This document shows positions 1 through 14,925 of a DNA stretch of 64,000 bases, piece after piece. A program made the translations under genes and the position numbers. The first letter of the stretch is position 1, and the number at the start of each line of letters is the position of its first letter. The notes under the pieces are model-generated. The model made no database searches and had not been told where the DNA came from. It worked only from the letters and a program-made list of their open reading frames with translations. This stretch comes from Tubiluchus corallicola (lineage: Eukaryota > Animalia > Priapulida), in the NCBI GenBank assembly GCA_030141605.1, contig JAQGDQ010000070.1:372001-436000 (forward strand). Direction: 5' to 3'.

Positions 1-559
1 GTACAATAAAAAAAAGCAAGAGATAATCAACGTTTGTCGTCTCTAATTAAGTTTCGTAAATATTCCGCTAACTTTGTCCTGATTTTACATCAATGGACAA
101 CATTTCAAGAGTTCAAATTCTTTGAAACACCTTTGAGACCACAGTAAAGACCTAAATACAACCATCGTGGTTACGAAGTTGCATTGCTATGGTATACAGT
201 GTCCACGCTGACAAGTTTCTGATGTAGCTCGTCCATTGGAACTCTCACAACAAAATCGTAACTCTAACCTAGTACTTTAGCTAATGAAGCCACTAGCAAG
301 TTTTTTGCCCCATTTGCTCCACAGAGTTGTGGAAAGGTATCCGGGAGTCTGAAACCGTACCCAACCGGATTTACTCGACCATCGTTTACAGTAGCAAGCA
401 TTAGTGCAAATGGCGTTCGCTTCTAGGTAAACAATTATTCGAGTTGAATTGACTCGAATTTTAACACTTGTGAATGCCATGATGCCGGAGGCGTTGGGGG
501 AAGCCGGCGAAATGATAACAGATGGATGAACGGACGCGCATGCGATGATCAAATATACA

Positions 560-651
560 TAATAGAAAAGGGAAGGAAAAAAGAAAGAATTTTCGTCATC
601 GTCATCACGATGACGGAGTAAGAGAAAGATGAAGAGAGCGAGGGGGAGAGT

Positions 652-691
<40 letters not shown>

Positions 692-950
692 GAGAAAGAA
701 AAAGACAGAATAGAAAGAGAATGAACAAGAGATAGAGACAGAAAAATAGAAAGACACACAGAGAAAAAGACAAAAATAGAGAAAGAGAGACAGATAGGCA
801 GATAAACAGACAGACAGGCAAGGAGGCGCATAAACAGGAAACGACAAGAAAAAAGCAAGAGTAAAAAAGAGAGAGAGATGGAGAGAGGGGGAGAGAGTAG
901 AGGGAGAAGGGGGAAAGAGAGGCGAAAAGAAAAAGATAAATTAAGAGAAT
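560..950. repeat. GA-rich low-complexity / degenerate (GA)n microsatellite
   Basis: Purine-rich tract with (GA)n runs; it produces the spurious Leu/Ser/Phe-rich minus-strand ORFs 277..993, 549..1061 and 605..847. Confidence 0.9.
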
Positions 951-1818
951 GTGAATGCTCCTGGGAAGTATTTCCAAGGCCGTGTTTAGGCAAACATGAA
1001 TGTATAATCCAGACTGGTTGACGTTTGGTCTACCAGCTATGCATGTCCCGAAGGCAAGCATTGCTGCGGGGTATCGCTTAAGCAGGCATCTGGAATGAGT
1101 GTAGGTCAGTTTACACCGGGTTAATTCGATTTATTTTAAGACTGCAATTACAACTTCTTCGATCTTAAGCGAACTTTTCAATACGTTTTAATAATTGCAC
1201 TTGAATTGCATGAAGATTTAAAATTTCCAAACCATATTATTTATAGTACTATTCCCCGATAAGCTTCGGATTCAAGCATAGTTGCATTTCACGCCAAAAT
1301 CTTTTTAATCTATTTATAAATGACGGTATTAAAACACTTGACGATGCATGTAATTCTTCATTTCTAAATAAAAATATAATTCTCTTATTTTGTATGTTGT
1401 ATTGTCATTGTTATGCTGTCTTTCTTTTGTGTATGCCAATGAGCAGTATGTGCGCAGTATTATGGTAAAATCATAATGATAAATGATTTTGTCTTCCTAC
1501 ATGCGTCTTAGGACGATGGTAAAGAATCGACTTTCCTAACAATTCTAAAACAGATGCCCGCCAATTCAAACAAGACGTGCAATGCGTTCAATAGTTGTCT
1601 GTATCAAGAAACTGGGACAAACTTCGGCAGGCCTGAAGGATCCTTCATATCTCGTTATGAAGGATGTCCCTTAGCTGAGACGCTAAACTTGGTCCATACG
1701 GGCACTTTCGGATAACTGTTCGTTCTCACTTAAAGATGGATTGATAAATATAACGAGAGAATTTGCTGAAGCTCGGTGATTCTCGTAGCACCGTTACAGT
1801 GTAGCTCTCATAGCAGTG

Positions 1819-1821
<3 letters not shown>

Positions 1822-1912
<91 letters not shown>
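1822..1912. repeat. (GA)n microsatellite
   Basis: Perfect dinucleotide run of about 90 bp. Confidence 0.98.
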
Positions 1913-1913
<1 letters not shown>

Positions 1914-4900
1914 AATATCAACTCTTTTAAGTGTTAAAGATAATTTCCAGAAATTTCTCAATGCTTACACGAAATTTTTACTGTAATGTATAGAAACAAT
2001 GTGATCTAAACTGATCATGTTATTCATCTATATCAAGATACTGGGTAAATGACCATTTACGAAAATACAATTCGCACCAAGGGCGTAATATGTTACACGA
2101 TTGCAATTAAATCTGATACGATTAACATTACCACGTTCAATTTTGTTATGTGTGACATCACAGTGTACAACATACACCCACAAAAGATCAGTAATACGCA
2201 AACATTCCACCTAGTGAGCTAGTTTCTTTATGTGCCATGGATTACTGTGGATATGATATAGTCAGGACGTATAAAAACGCTAAGACAAGATTGGAATCCG
2301 CATTCCGAGAAACTTGCTCAGCAGCCATCGCGACAGCTGGTGAACATTTGCGAAAATGAGAAAAAAATTATGTCCTCATTTGCTTTTGGTACATGCCAGT
2401 GAAATTATGAAATAAACCGTGGAACAGGTCCATTTTATTAAAATCAATTTAATCTGAGACAATTTGATTCGCCTCGTACAACAAATTGCAACATCAGCGA
2501 AACGACTTCTCTACAGAAAAATTAAGCTAGTTTGAAGTCTATGTCTCAAAATTATATCAATTTGTTTTAGAATAATATTATAACATAATTAATTTATAGC
2601 ACTCCAGGATGAAAGATTTGTCATAGTAAAAAATATATTTTTTACAATTTAAATACTTTGAACCAATTAGTAAAAAAGCTATCACAGTTTCAGTGCATCA
2701 GGTAATCTTCAATAAATGAATGATATAATTTTTTTGCTAAGTTAAAGATTTATTCGTTACTTAGTTTTTACTTACTTTTTTTCAAAATGTGAATGCATTG
2801 ACAGAATTCACTTAATTCAGGCAGAATTTAAAAGCTCAAAAGCCACGGCGCACGCGCATTGACTAAAGTTAAGCAGCCTTGTTCCTGGCCCAATAAATGG
2901 ACGGGTGGCCGCCTGGAGGGCTGTTTCTGAGTAGTTTCATCTAGCAATTCCTCGGCTATTTTTTCGCAAAGGTGGATGCATATAAATTCAAATGTGGTCA
3001 ATGTACCATTATTAGCTCAGTGTCTGAGTGTTTTATATATAAAATTAAATTTATTCATTGGTACCAAAAACAGATACAAAACAAGAAACAAGACATGCAT
3101 ACAATTTCAATCATGAAACATGACGACAGTACAATCAAACAATTATTGATAAAACAAATATGTGCTAAAATTGTTTTTTAGAGTTATTTTAGTCATTTAA
3201 ATGAAAAGTGTGATGATTAGTGTTTTAAGTCATTCAATATATACTTATAATGATGTATACTTATAGTAATACATAAGTGATGTATTAATGATGTATTAGT
3301 GATACATGTTAAGTATATCGTGAAGTTGAAAGCCAATTGAAATCTAAAGCGAGTCAAGTTGCCATGTGTTTTTTCAATTCCCGCTGATGTTAACAAATAT
3401 GCAAAATTTCTTTGTCAATTATGACATCTTTATTTCACAGTTCAAGATGACATCCGCCACTTGGGTGGCACCACAAAGTATTGCTTTTAGTTTATCGAAT
3501 ACATTCAAGAAATAGCAATGCTTGTGAAGTTTTAGACATTTTGCTGATTAATCGCATTTCTAAGCGCGTGCGCACTCATGACTCATCTACTTGACTAGTG
3601 GCTTTAGAGTTTGGATGTAATTGAGAAGTTCGCTGTTAGTTTTTAACCTTTTGCGAATTTTGCATAAAAAATAACACCTAAATGTTGTACTGCACAAAGC
3701 ACCTCAAGTACTTGCAGGAACTTCTTGTTTAAATAAATTGGCGAACTGAAAGCACCACCGGTAGCGCGTGCACCTCCTTATGATATATATGTTTTTTTAG
3801 AATAGTATATGGATGAAACTAACAAATAGACTCAAAATCAATATCCGACTCTTAATAAAATCATAAAAGCGCGTTATCTGGCTTTCTCTTTATTAACTGT
3901 TATTGCACTGACTAACCATTACGTCACATTAATGCAGCAGAACATGCGGATAGACAATTTAAAAAGTTACAACCGAAAAAGTTCCCTGTATTATTAGATC
4001 AAAAATTTTCATTGAAGTATAATTATTTCACTGCCTTAACAATTAATTAAATGCACATATGTCTACTGTTCGAACGCAAACATTTTTTTATTAAACTTTC
4101 TTTGGAACAAAAAACAAAAAAAATCGTATAGTCCTCGATACCATTAAATCTCCAGCAAACTTATTTCTCAGTTAATGAGATCAAATTCAAACCATCACTG
4201 AATCTCTCAAAATGAGGTAGGTGTCGCGGACTGTAGCAAGTGTAAAACAGTCGCGATTTCAAACACTTGTTGAAGCCGCATTTATAGGTAGTTTTGACCT
4301 TACATGATGGCATTTGCGATCTTAAACTTGTACCTAACGTATTTTTAGATATTATGAATATCGTATGCTATAAAAGCCTTCTGCCAAACTGATTCATTGG
4401 TAATGTCTAGATACTGTGCCTTAGAAACGGAGGACATTACCCCGTTAGACAACTTACTTACAGGTTAGTTTTGATAAATGTTCATGCTCATATTAATTAA
4501 TATTGCTTGTTTGTTGCACTGTTATTAATATTGGTTGCGCATGTAAATATTGTAAAATATATATGTTTGCATTGCACTTAACTGTTTCTCTTTTCATAGC
4601 AATTTAAAACACAGGTGAGTACTGTGTTTTGCATATAAATATGTTTCTCTTTTTCACTCGCACTTTTCGGCTTTGGTTACTAAAGAAAGGGTAATTTAGG
4701 AACCTCCGACCTTCAGCGCTTCTCCCCCTTAAAGTGTCAAATCACCTTCAAAATTCCACCCTTTCTTTACACTAGAATATACTGAAATATTCTTTTGAAA
4801 GCAGACTTTTTGGTATGCACCAAAAATATGTTTGTCCTCTATATATAGCTCTGTTATTAACTCTCTAAACGCAGGAACAGTCACCGTGGATTCACAGCTC

Positions 4901-6569
4901 TGACAAGTTACATGTTTCGACACCATTTATAATGAAGGCGATAAAACTTCTAACTGCTGCCTATAATAATTTTGAGCAATATGGTGGAGAAAATTTGGAG
5001 CTCATTGCACATGCCTAACAGTATTTTATTCTTTCTTACTGCGATATACTAAAAACAGTTGGAAAACAAGAATTATACTGCACTTAGTTGACGCAAAAAG
5101 TCTTAATGATAATTTTTAGTTCAAATATGCAAGGTTAGTTCTATTCTTATAGACTTATATTACATGTTCACAGTTACGTTGTTTTCTTTGGTTGCATAAT
5201 TCCTATAATTGCTTTTATGATGTTAAAGTTAGAGAAATTGAAATCAACGGTTGCGGTCAAGTGAATTTGTAAGGCTAGAACTAAAAAAATTAAAAAACGT
5301 ATTGTTACAGTTTCACTTACAGCAAAGACATTCAAAAACTTTTAAATCTGGCCACCCGTGAAGACTTATAGTAAAATATGTATTTAATAAAGTAACAGCA
5401 AGTCTTTAAACACAGTTAAAGTAACACTGAATACAGCAACCAATTATTATAATATAAATTTTTATGATATGTACCGTCTATTTTATAATTTTTATAATTT
5501 ACCGTCTATTTCGTGCACATGTAGTACATTTCATATACAAAGACATATGTATGAATAATAAAAAAGACACCAGAGTTAGTAAAAAGGCACGCAGAAATAT
5601 GAAAAAGCAATAACAGAAACGCAATAAATTGATGATATAACTTACCTTATAAATAACTTGAAAAATTTTCTTGCCCAAAACAAAATGCTGACTAGAAGTC
5701 ATACACATGAGTCGCATCTTACGTCATTCAGTTCACGAATTCAGTGTTAATTTACACTTATTCACGTTGCAAATCCATGACTATTTAACACCACGTAAAA
5801 AATTATACAAGCGATTCTGTTACCAAAAATTATGATTATGATGCTAGTTCATTATCAAAACCACAAAAAGCTTAAGTGAAACTTTGGTTTTTATTTCAAG
5901 AAGCCAAGCAGGACATTAACTTACATTAATGAGATTACTGAGGCTGCGAAACTTAGCAAACTGAAGCCAACCATGAACACACTCAAGAGCTCTGGCAGAG
6001 AAGTCACGTGACTACAGCCAGATCACGTGACTTCCACGAAAGTTATGAACGAAAATCGCCAGATTGATTAGATTTTGTGCTATAACTTTTATAAATTATT
6101 CTATTAAATTATGACTGTCTATATACCAATTTGAACAGCAGCCTGTTTATCTGTTTGCAAGCATAAAAGTGAGATGTTGTGCATTTCGTGTAAGCCTAAT
6201 GATTTGTCAGTTTTCAATGATCTCTGCCCTTCAGAATTCATTGTTGAGGTTAAACGATTTGACCAGTTCAATATAAGATGCATGTAGACACTAAATCAGT
6301 CAGAAAAGTCTGATTGGCCGCTATTGAGTACAAGCCTTTGGGAAAGCTAATTTGTCGTTGTTACATCAAGTAATTTCGCTCCACGACTAACTGTTGGCCT
6401 TGGTTACAGAACTTTTATACATGGCGGTAGTAAATTAGTTTCAATTGACGTGCAGTTGGCCGGAGCAGTAACTCAGCGCTATAGCAGCAGGGTGATTTGT
6501 TGCTCAAGCTTTAGTTCGTAATTTTCTTCCTACAGTTTTGCAAAGACAAACACACGCGCGCGCATACAC

Positions 6570-6712
<143 letters not shown>

Positions 6713-6989
6713 AACTAAGAAAATACAGACCAACTGTGGTCAGTAGCATTACAATTATGTAGAAAAAACGTGATATCGCCCTGTTTCTATATGTAATTCA
6801 TGTATTCGTGAAGTTTAAAATTGCTTTTACAAGTCATACAACTAGTGGCGTAGTTAGCGCCTGCGGGGGCGTACCGGCCGCCCCGATCACTACTTTTTAG
6901 AGGACGGCATTTTAAGTGCACTGAAAAAGTTAAAGGAAGACAGGATAATTTTTCATATGCTATCCCATTTTAAAGTACGGAAAAAAGTG

Positions 6990-7560
6990 TACGTTTTAAC
7001 GCCAATAATACTGGAAAAGCGTTTCTGATAATTAAATAATAGATTAAAATCTTCATTAACGGCGGGCGAGCCCAACTATTGATGACATCACAAACGAACA
7101 TAATTTTCAACAGCAAAAATATGCCACGAGCGTGTTGTAATAAAGTGCTACTGTAAGAGATTTAGTGTGTTGTAATAAAACTCGGCAAGTCTTAAGATGA
7201 AAATTCAAAATTCAAATTTACCGCTTGCTCTCGCATGAGCTGCCAAACGTATGCAGTACGTCAGAAACGAACACATCTGAACTGAGAGGTACAGCAACTG
7301 TGTTTTGTGCAAGGCGTTTTCGAAATGCAGGCGCTAGTGCCTGTCTACCTAGAGAATGACGAAATGCTTGTAAGAGCGATGGGTTACTGGCGCGAACGCG
7401 AGAGTGCATTTATGCGGTAATATTTCTTTGACGTAAGGCATTATGAAAAAAATAGTATGTCTCCTTTCAATATTTTAAAGAGTAAATTATTTTGACTTAT
7501 AGTTTAAGATTGGGACCGGTTTTGCTTTAATTCTGTCGGGACAGTAGGAAGACAAACGTC
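6990..7560 (+). repeat. Dispersed repeat, copy A (probable DNA-transposon relic)
   Basis: TAACGGCGGGCGAGCCCAACTATTGATGACATCACAAACGAACATAATTTTCAACAGCA (~7058) and downstream blocks (AAAACTCGGCAA, CAAATTTACCGCT, CTGAACTGA..GGTACAGC) recur in the same orientation at ~37204-37440. Boundaries approximate. Confidence 0.7.
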
Positions 7561-10500
7561 TGAAGTAATATAATTACCCAGGAAAACCACTGCTTAACGC
7601 TCTAATTGTTTAAAGTTACCGGCAAAGGAAGATCATTCATTATTAGTAATTTAATAGCTTTGTGACATTTACATAGTAGAAGTGATAGCTTTATGTAATT
7701 AATTAGTACTTATTATTGCACAGTCAATAATGGATGACCCTCTTATGTTGCGACAAGTGAATTTACCCAATGAGTCGCTCAAAGTGCGCCCTATAAAGTT
7801 TTTAGGTCACACATTTTACATATTCAATAAGCATATGGCGTCGTTCACACTTATGACCGGGTATGTTAATAACTGTATTGGCTCAGTCTTTTTAAATTGA
7901 TATTCAAAAGAAACCTGAACGCAGAAATCATAAGAGTCAAATTGAGTATTCTGGGGATGTAGCCATTTTCTAAATTTTAATTTCCCAATAATATAATGTC
8001 ACCGCCGAGGGTTTCCTTGAATTTTATGAAGTCATTTTTAGTAAACCCTAAATCTAAATCGTTGCTTGTTCTTGAAGAAAATGAGGAATCTTTTGGTTCA
8101 ATATATAGGCCGTACATATATATATATATCTTTAGTAAATTTAAAGTAGTACTTGTCTTATTTAAGCCAATTATATTCGTAGCATGCATAAGAGCACGTT
8201 AATGGCAGGAATTTTATCCTCTAGCATTTGCTAGGCCGCCAAAACTTCTTTTAGCATATTTTAGTCGACAATTTTGCAAACTATTGGACTGAATTCGACT
8301 CAGGGGGTCGAACTCCAAGATGGCATGGCGGTCTTGATATTGCGCATCATGAAGATCCATTTTTGTATCGTTGTGTAATAGATTACTTAACTACAAATGT
8401 TAATCTTAATTATAAATGTTATGCTAATTAATTAAGCTAATGTATGTGAACTAATAGCATATAGCATGTCATTTAACTGACACAAAATAAAACACAGCAC
8501 TTAAAAATAGGGGAATAAAATACGCACGCACAAAAAAAATAACTAACTAAGTAACAGCACTACGCCCGAGGAGCGCCTGTGTCAAAAAATCCAAGCTGTA
8601 GTGACCTCTACACGCTTTTATACTGGCATTCCAGGTCAGCTGACTACTCACACTACGTGTAAGCCCAAACAAGACGTCTGGACCTACAAGAAAGATTGAG
8701 TCGCTGCTGACGTGGAAGCAGGGCGTGTAGAAGGCCCTACAGTTGACCCGACAAAAGGTGCCTCCGTAACACTATTATGACTTGGAGAAGTGAGACCTTT
8801 TGAAAAAAAGAATGAGTCTCACTTAAACTTACAACGTCTGTAGTCAGTTAATTAAGTTACATGATTCTTACAGTGTTTGTTCAGCTCTATTAGTTTTCAT
8901 TGTTCTTTCTCTGATAAAATATACATTGTAACTTTTGCCACGTTATTATTAATGCATTATTGAATACGAAGGCGAATGCTTTACCCTAATAAATAACATG
9001 TGATAAATTTTCGTAAATTATTTATTCAAGTACACCGCAACAACCTGATATAAAGCAACGACAGTCACGCTATCATTTTTTCTCAAATAAAATAATTCTT
9101 GCAATAGTAAAATTTACAAACGAGGCTGGTGAGTTTCTACATCATCGTAATTTAACGATTGAAGACCAGGCGACAAGCCAATTCAGCGACGTGTTATAAT
9201 ACAAGCAAAACATACGAATGACATTTTTAACTAAATTGTTCATCAGTCTGTGGATAAGTAACAAAAAGCTCACTGCATCTTGTTGCACTTAGTATTATTT
9301 TATTACTTTTAGAGCATTCAACTTTTACTTTATTAAACATGTAATAGCAATAGGCCAACAGTTACTTGTCGCACATGTTTCCTATCTTGCTTTCAGCAGT
9401 ATGAGCGTAGAATCAGCTTAACTATGTCGGCTTTGCAGAATGTGAGGTAACTTATTTAACGGAAGATGAACGAGCCATCTTTCACAACATGTTTACTACT
9501 TTTCAACTTGTATTGCTCAATTTTGTGTACGTACATTAACATCAGTTGAATCATAATTATTACTAGTGTTAAGTAAGCTACAGTCTATGTCATTAAGGTA
9601 ACTTCATTGTGATCATTTTAATATAGAAGTTTATTAACAGAATGAGGCCCGAGTAAATGTATCTCATTTTAGTCATACAAGACATTTGAAAATGAGTGAT
9701 TATCACTTTTGATCTGTCTTGGTCATAATAACAAATAATCGTCATTCCATTGTGAACTGTTTCTGCTTTCTAATTCTGAACTTTAAAAAGTCAACTAATT
9801 GCAGAGCACACTTGGTATAATATGCACATTCTACTCGATAGAGTCAACGGTTTCCAGGTAAAACTTCAGGCTGTTGCAAGCCTGCGAGATGTCCGTTAAG
9901 TCTTGACGTCAAAAGTCCGGGCATGAAGGCGTGACGAACTTGACGGTGTATATGCACTTATACAGTATACACATGTATATTTACATACTTGAAAGCAGTT
10001 TTAATATTTCCCATACGGTTTGTTCGCCCTATCATTAGTTTCTTAAAGTGTAGTAAATAAATGTAACATAAATATAATTATAACAGATTATAATTATTAT
10101 AGCATGATTCATAATGCCGAGCTTTGGTGATTGGAAACAACGTAGCGTAAACTAAAGAGTATAAAACAATCCGGTAAATAAACGCAAGTTGAATCGACAC
10201 GGCCAAAACACCAGTGCGTCAGAAAGTTTAGTCGGAATTTCTGGGGACGAGGTCACCACCGGGGGGCAGTAGTTTTGGTATTTTTCTGTTGAATGGTTTT
10301 GTTTGATTTAGGTTTTAAAAAACCTTTATATGTCCTTGCCTTAGTTTGCCTATAAAGTCTGCAGTGCTTGAATATTATAGGTAATCAATAAGTTGTTTGT
10401 TATTACTTTTTCTTCTGTTGCTTTAAACATCCAAAGAGCTTCTATCCTCATTAGAGCACTCCACTGTTCCTGTGTGCAGCTAAAATTTTCAATTCCTGTG

Positions 10501-11471
10501 TTGTTGTTAGATTTGGTCCCAGCTGTTGTAAATCTTTATTAATTTTTGATATCCAGGTTGTTTTTGGTGTGTTGTTTAGTAGGTTTCAGCGCCTCATTTA
10601 ATTGGTAATCTTACGACCATAATTAAGCCTTTATTCTTTAAGGTCATATTTTTTGGTGTGCGTGATCTAAATCATTTCATATAAGTTAAGCTGCAAAGCA
10701 AAACAAATAAGAGCAATACTACTTGAAGTGCTTCCAAGAAAGCCTAAAAGTAATCGGCTAGTAAGCCGAGAAAGGCATAATCTTTATGCAAAAGTAAAAT
10801 AAAATTTTAGGATTTATGAAAACATTAATTGAAATGATAATGGCAAGATAAAACATTAATGTATGCCCTAAGAAAAATAACATGACAAAGTTCATAACCC
10901 TGAAGTCTGTTTTAAATTAAACATAATTACGTGTATAAGTATAGGGTATCCTACTTATGATATAGGCATTTGATTCTGAATATGTGACAGCTGTCCTTCA
11001 TTATGAGTATCATTTTCTCATTGGTACGCATGTAATGGGTACGTGTTGATAAAACCAAGCAAAACATGTCATAGTTGAGATATGTACAGGTTAGCCTGCA
11101 ATTAAAAATAAGTGCAAATGCTTAGATACCGATGGGTATGAGCGGAGCCTTGAAGGCAGGGAATGGACACCCCACTGGGTGCCTGTTCCAGAGTCGGGGA
11201 ATTACTCTAGTGGGAGTTGCATTTATTTCATAATGCATTCTCGTTATGCAAAACAGTACGTGGTGTCAGTGCAATTCGAAATTTAGAATTAAAAATAATA
11301 TTCGGTAAAATCGAGTTAACAAATTGTTGGTTGATTTGCAAAAACAGGTTTCATGATGTTGGTATCAAGCAATTAATGTGCCGCATTATAATTTTTTATT
11401 TCAAGAAGGTGATATTTGTATATGTTTAGTGTTAAAGTTGGTTTATTATAACCTTATGATCAGATTGCAGT

Positions 11472-13604
11472 ATGGGAATCATACGAGCGCCTCGTGATCA
11501 TTTCCTTAGTGATCATGATGAGGTGATCATTGAAGATGATTATTTTCTACTGGTAAATGACGACGAAATTGCTGCAAATGTCGCTGACGAGGACAGCCAT
11601 CGACGTAGACGAGCTAAGCAAAAATTTCGTCCAAAAGCCACTGGAGGGAGCAAGTCTAGCGTATGTGGAGGCAAACCCAAGACCGGGAAACGGGGACGTC
11701 GCTATGAAAACACACTTTTCCTGCTCAATTTGGAGGAGGATGAGTTTGGACCTGAGCAGTTGAGCATTCATGATTTCGTACCTGAGCACTTGTCAGCATT
11801 TGCACAGGTACCTTAACTAAAGGTGCTTTACTGAGTCACCATCTCAGTAAACACGCTTTTGTTGAGTGTCAGTTTCTTCTAAAAGTTACTGGCTAAATAA
11901 TCTATATTTATAACAGGCAAGTACTTTGTGTTAACACATTAAATACTGTCAAAGGTGTATTACATTTGATGATATTATTAACATTTTTTATCTCACATAT
12001 GGTATCATCTTGAAGGTCACTAAGTAGATGCATATTTTTTTCAAAATTTAGTAATTTGTTTAGCATGACAAGTAGATAATTTAAGGACTATAATGATGTT
12101 ACTAGGATTTTATCACTTAATTACTAACAATTGAAATATCTACATTTATAATCAGTTAGTTTTACCACATTCAGGAAACAATTTCACTGCTTCCAATAGT
12201 AGGCAGAGGCAGAGCTAACATAGTAAACAATTTACACTGATTGTTTTGCTCAGTAACATTGTTTTTCCACGACATCACACCCGTTATTAGTTACTACCTT
12301 GGTCTGCAAGACCCATTTAATGATGTTTGATAACAATTAAAAATCAGGATAAACTAGTATGTGTGCTTTTGGTATGTAAATGCACTTTTTTCAATTGTAA
12401 ACTATATTTTCTTCGCTGTTGACGATGATAAATTGATGATGGTGACAGTACTAATTAGCACAAGATATTAATGTTCAAATGTACTGTCATACGTAAATCG
12501 CTGGTGGTATCGGTAGTGATCGTATCAGTGATGGCACAGTTAAAATTGTTGGGGGTGCTGCTTCAGAGAATTTTTAGCCATTGTTTTGATATTCTATAAA
12601 ACGAAACAAACATATGAAAGTAAAATTTAGTCAAAAGGAAACTCTTCCTTATACTTGCACAGTAGGGTTGGCACTGCGGGAGCTCTTTCTACCTAGCGTG
12701 CAGCTTCTTATCTCGGACATGTACGCATGCTGGAACTGTGAGACATCCAAGTAATTCTTTGATTTTTTTCATGAGCTAGAGAATGGCTACTGACATTAAG
12801 GTCAAAGATTATATAATGTACAAGTATAAAGAAAGAATTAAAGAAAAAAATACACACTATATTGAATGTTATCGATAATATCGAGTGAAAATAGGGAGTG
12901 CTGCAGTTCCGCAGTGCCACTGGTGGTAGCAGTTGTTGATAGGCAGCAAAGCATGTTGTCTGTTTTAGTTCAGTATGTAGTATATACAGCATATCAAAGA
13001 GAAAAGCTAATGAAATTTCAAAGCTTTATGAAGATGACCTGCCTTTCTGTTGCAGCTTTTGGCTGAACGAGAAAAGATGAAGATCTGGAACGAATTTGTC
13101 AACATGTCTGAAGATGAACAGGAGGATGTCCTGAAGAAAGGTAGATGGCATCAGAGGTCTACGTTCGGCAAGATAACCGAGGAAGAAGAAGACGACGATG
13201 AAGAAATGGAGAAAACTGACAAGTCCTTGGAAACTATAGGAATAGATGACAAACGAGTGAAACATCCGTCATACAGCTCTGCTCAGTGTTTCTCAAACAT
13301 AGATGCTAAGCTTCAAACGATGCTGCGCAGGGGACATGTCCCGTTGGGACTAATGTCCCACTTGGAAGACGAGGTGAGGTCCTTCTTTGTTGGCAGTCCC
13401 GACCTGGTCATGGTGTCGCGGCTGGAAAGTGGATTTGAGCGGCGCATTCTGCATGCTGTCTGCCAGTACTTGGGGCTTCATTCTCATAGTTATGACATAG
13501 ATGGGATACGTCACACGCAGGTCGAAAATCCATGGCATTGTTTTGAACCACCCTGTATGACACTGTCAGCATATTTAGGCAGTACATTTTTGCATGAAAC
13601 CTAA
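11472..13604 (+). CDS. R3HDM4: R3H domain-containing protein 4-like; coding exons 11472-11807 and 13056-13604 (294 aa)
   Basis: Phase-0 GT-AG join (…SAFAQ|LLAERE…). N-terminal GKRGRRYENTLFLLNL and 'KIWNEFVNMSEDEQ' match the R3H-associated region, and the C-terminal R3H motif is ERRILHAVCQYLGLHSHS. Confidence 0.88.
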
Positions 13605-14339
13605 AATTATGATGTTCATTTCTGATTTACACACTACATTAAATATTAAAAAATATTTTAATTAGGTAGATATGCTTCAAATTCAGTCTTTTTCTTGTTT
13701 AGTTGCTCCTTTCCGGTGAAGTAATACTTTCATGGAATGAACTCCAAGAGTTTGTGCAAAATTGATTATTGCCAATGGGCATAAGACAGTTCACAAAAAG
13801 TTAAAACGACAAAGATGAAGGTTTGAGAATGCTACGTGAAAATTCAGTCATTTATAAGTTATTGTTTTCTTTAAAAAACATAAAATTTAGTTTTGAACTC
13901 ATGCTTTTGCAGTAAGTCCCTCAGAAAAGTTTGTCATCCTTCAGATTTTTAAAAGTTAACATAATAACATAATTATATTTTAAAATGGAGCCATTTTATG
14001 TGTTGAATACAAACACATGGGGTTTGTGAATGTTGTGAAGTACAAGTGTATTAAATTTATTTATAGACTACAAACTTTGTAAGCCTTTATTGTTCCTGTT
14101 GCTTGCAAAGAAATTTTACCACACAATTTTGCAAACAAATGTAGATCTCATCACCTCTATGTACTATCTTTATTCGCACATTGTCACAATATGCACGCAC
14201 AAATAAATACAAATACTACATTAATATTACAATTGATAATACAATACAATGGGTTAATATATATGAATAATTAATTAACCAGTAATGTTAGTAATATATT
14301 TTTAATTTCATTGAAGGTGAAGCCGGGAATTTTTATTTC

Positions 14340-14870
14340 GTTTAATCTAGGTCATGGGCAACGTAATCATGGGGCGAGAATCGGCATAATTATTTTTTAA
14401 CATGGGTTGCTATACATAAGTATTTTTTCCCTGAGCGTAGTAACTAGAGTGATTGTTTAAAATTGACAGTGTGTTTAAAACAGAGTTATCAGACATCAAT
14501 GCATTTTAATAACTTTAGTGTTCGTTTAACAAAGAAGTTTGTAAGTGGCTTCATATTGGCAATACATACAGTCATGCTGTGATGTACACTAGTTGACATT
14601 TCCAAGATTCATCGTGATGGTTTTCTGAATTCAACAGATAACAGATTTATGTTAATATCGATAAATCAAATACTGATCTGCACCGTAGTAAGACATACAG
14701 AAACTCGAAAATAGTTTTAGTAATACCCGCTTATCGAATACATGTCTAAAAAAGCAGAGTAATGAGTTTAAAGAAGAAATAAAGTCTCGTTTACTGCGCT
14801 TAATGTCTGGTAACTGATCTAAATTATAAGTGACAATATGGCCCAAATGATACACACTAATAATGAAGCA
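14340..14870 (-). mobile_element. Degenerate non-LTR retrotransposon (LINE) 3' fragment
   Basis: ORF 14652..14855 (HLGHIVTYNL…DIKR…FISSLNSLLCFF…VLLKLFSSFCMSYYGA) resembles the post-RT C-terminal region of CR1/L2-group LINE ORF2, with interrupted frames downstream. Boundaries approximate. Confidence 0.55.
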
Positions 14871-14925
14871 ATTTCATTTAAAAGCAGCAAACTTTCTTAT
14901 TTTTATTGTATCTGGAATTTAATAA

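Noticed and set aside
281-426. Possible plus-strand terminal exon (…NEATSKFFAPFAPQSCGKVSGSLKPYPTGFTRPSFTVASISANGVRF*)
   Set aside because: Weak acceptor, no recognisable homology and no upstream context in the window, so it cannot be supported.
277-1061. Long minus-strand ORFs (238 aa, 170 aa, 80 aa)
   Set aside because: They stay open only because of the TC/GA low-complexity tract and show no recognisable domain.
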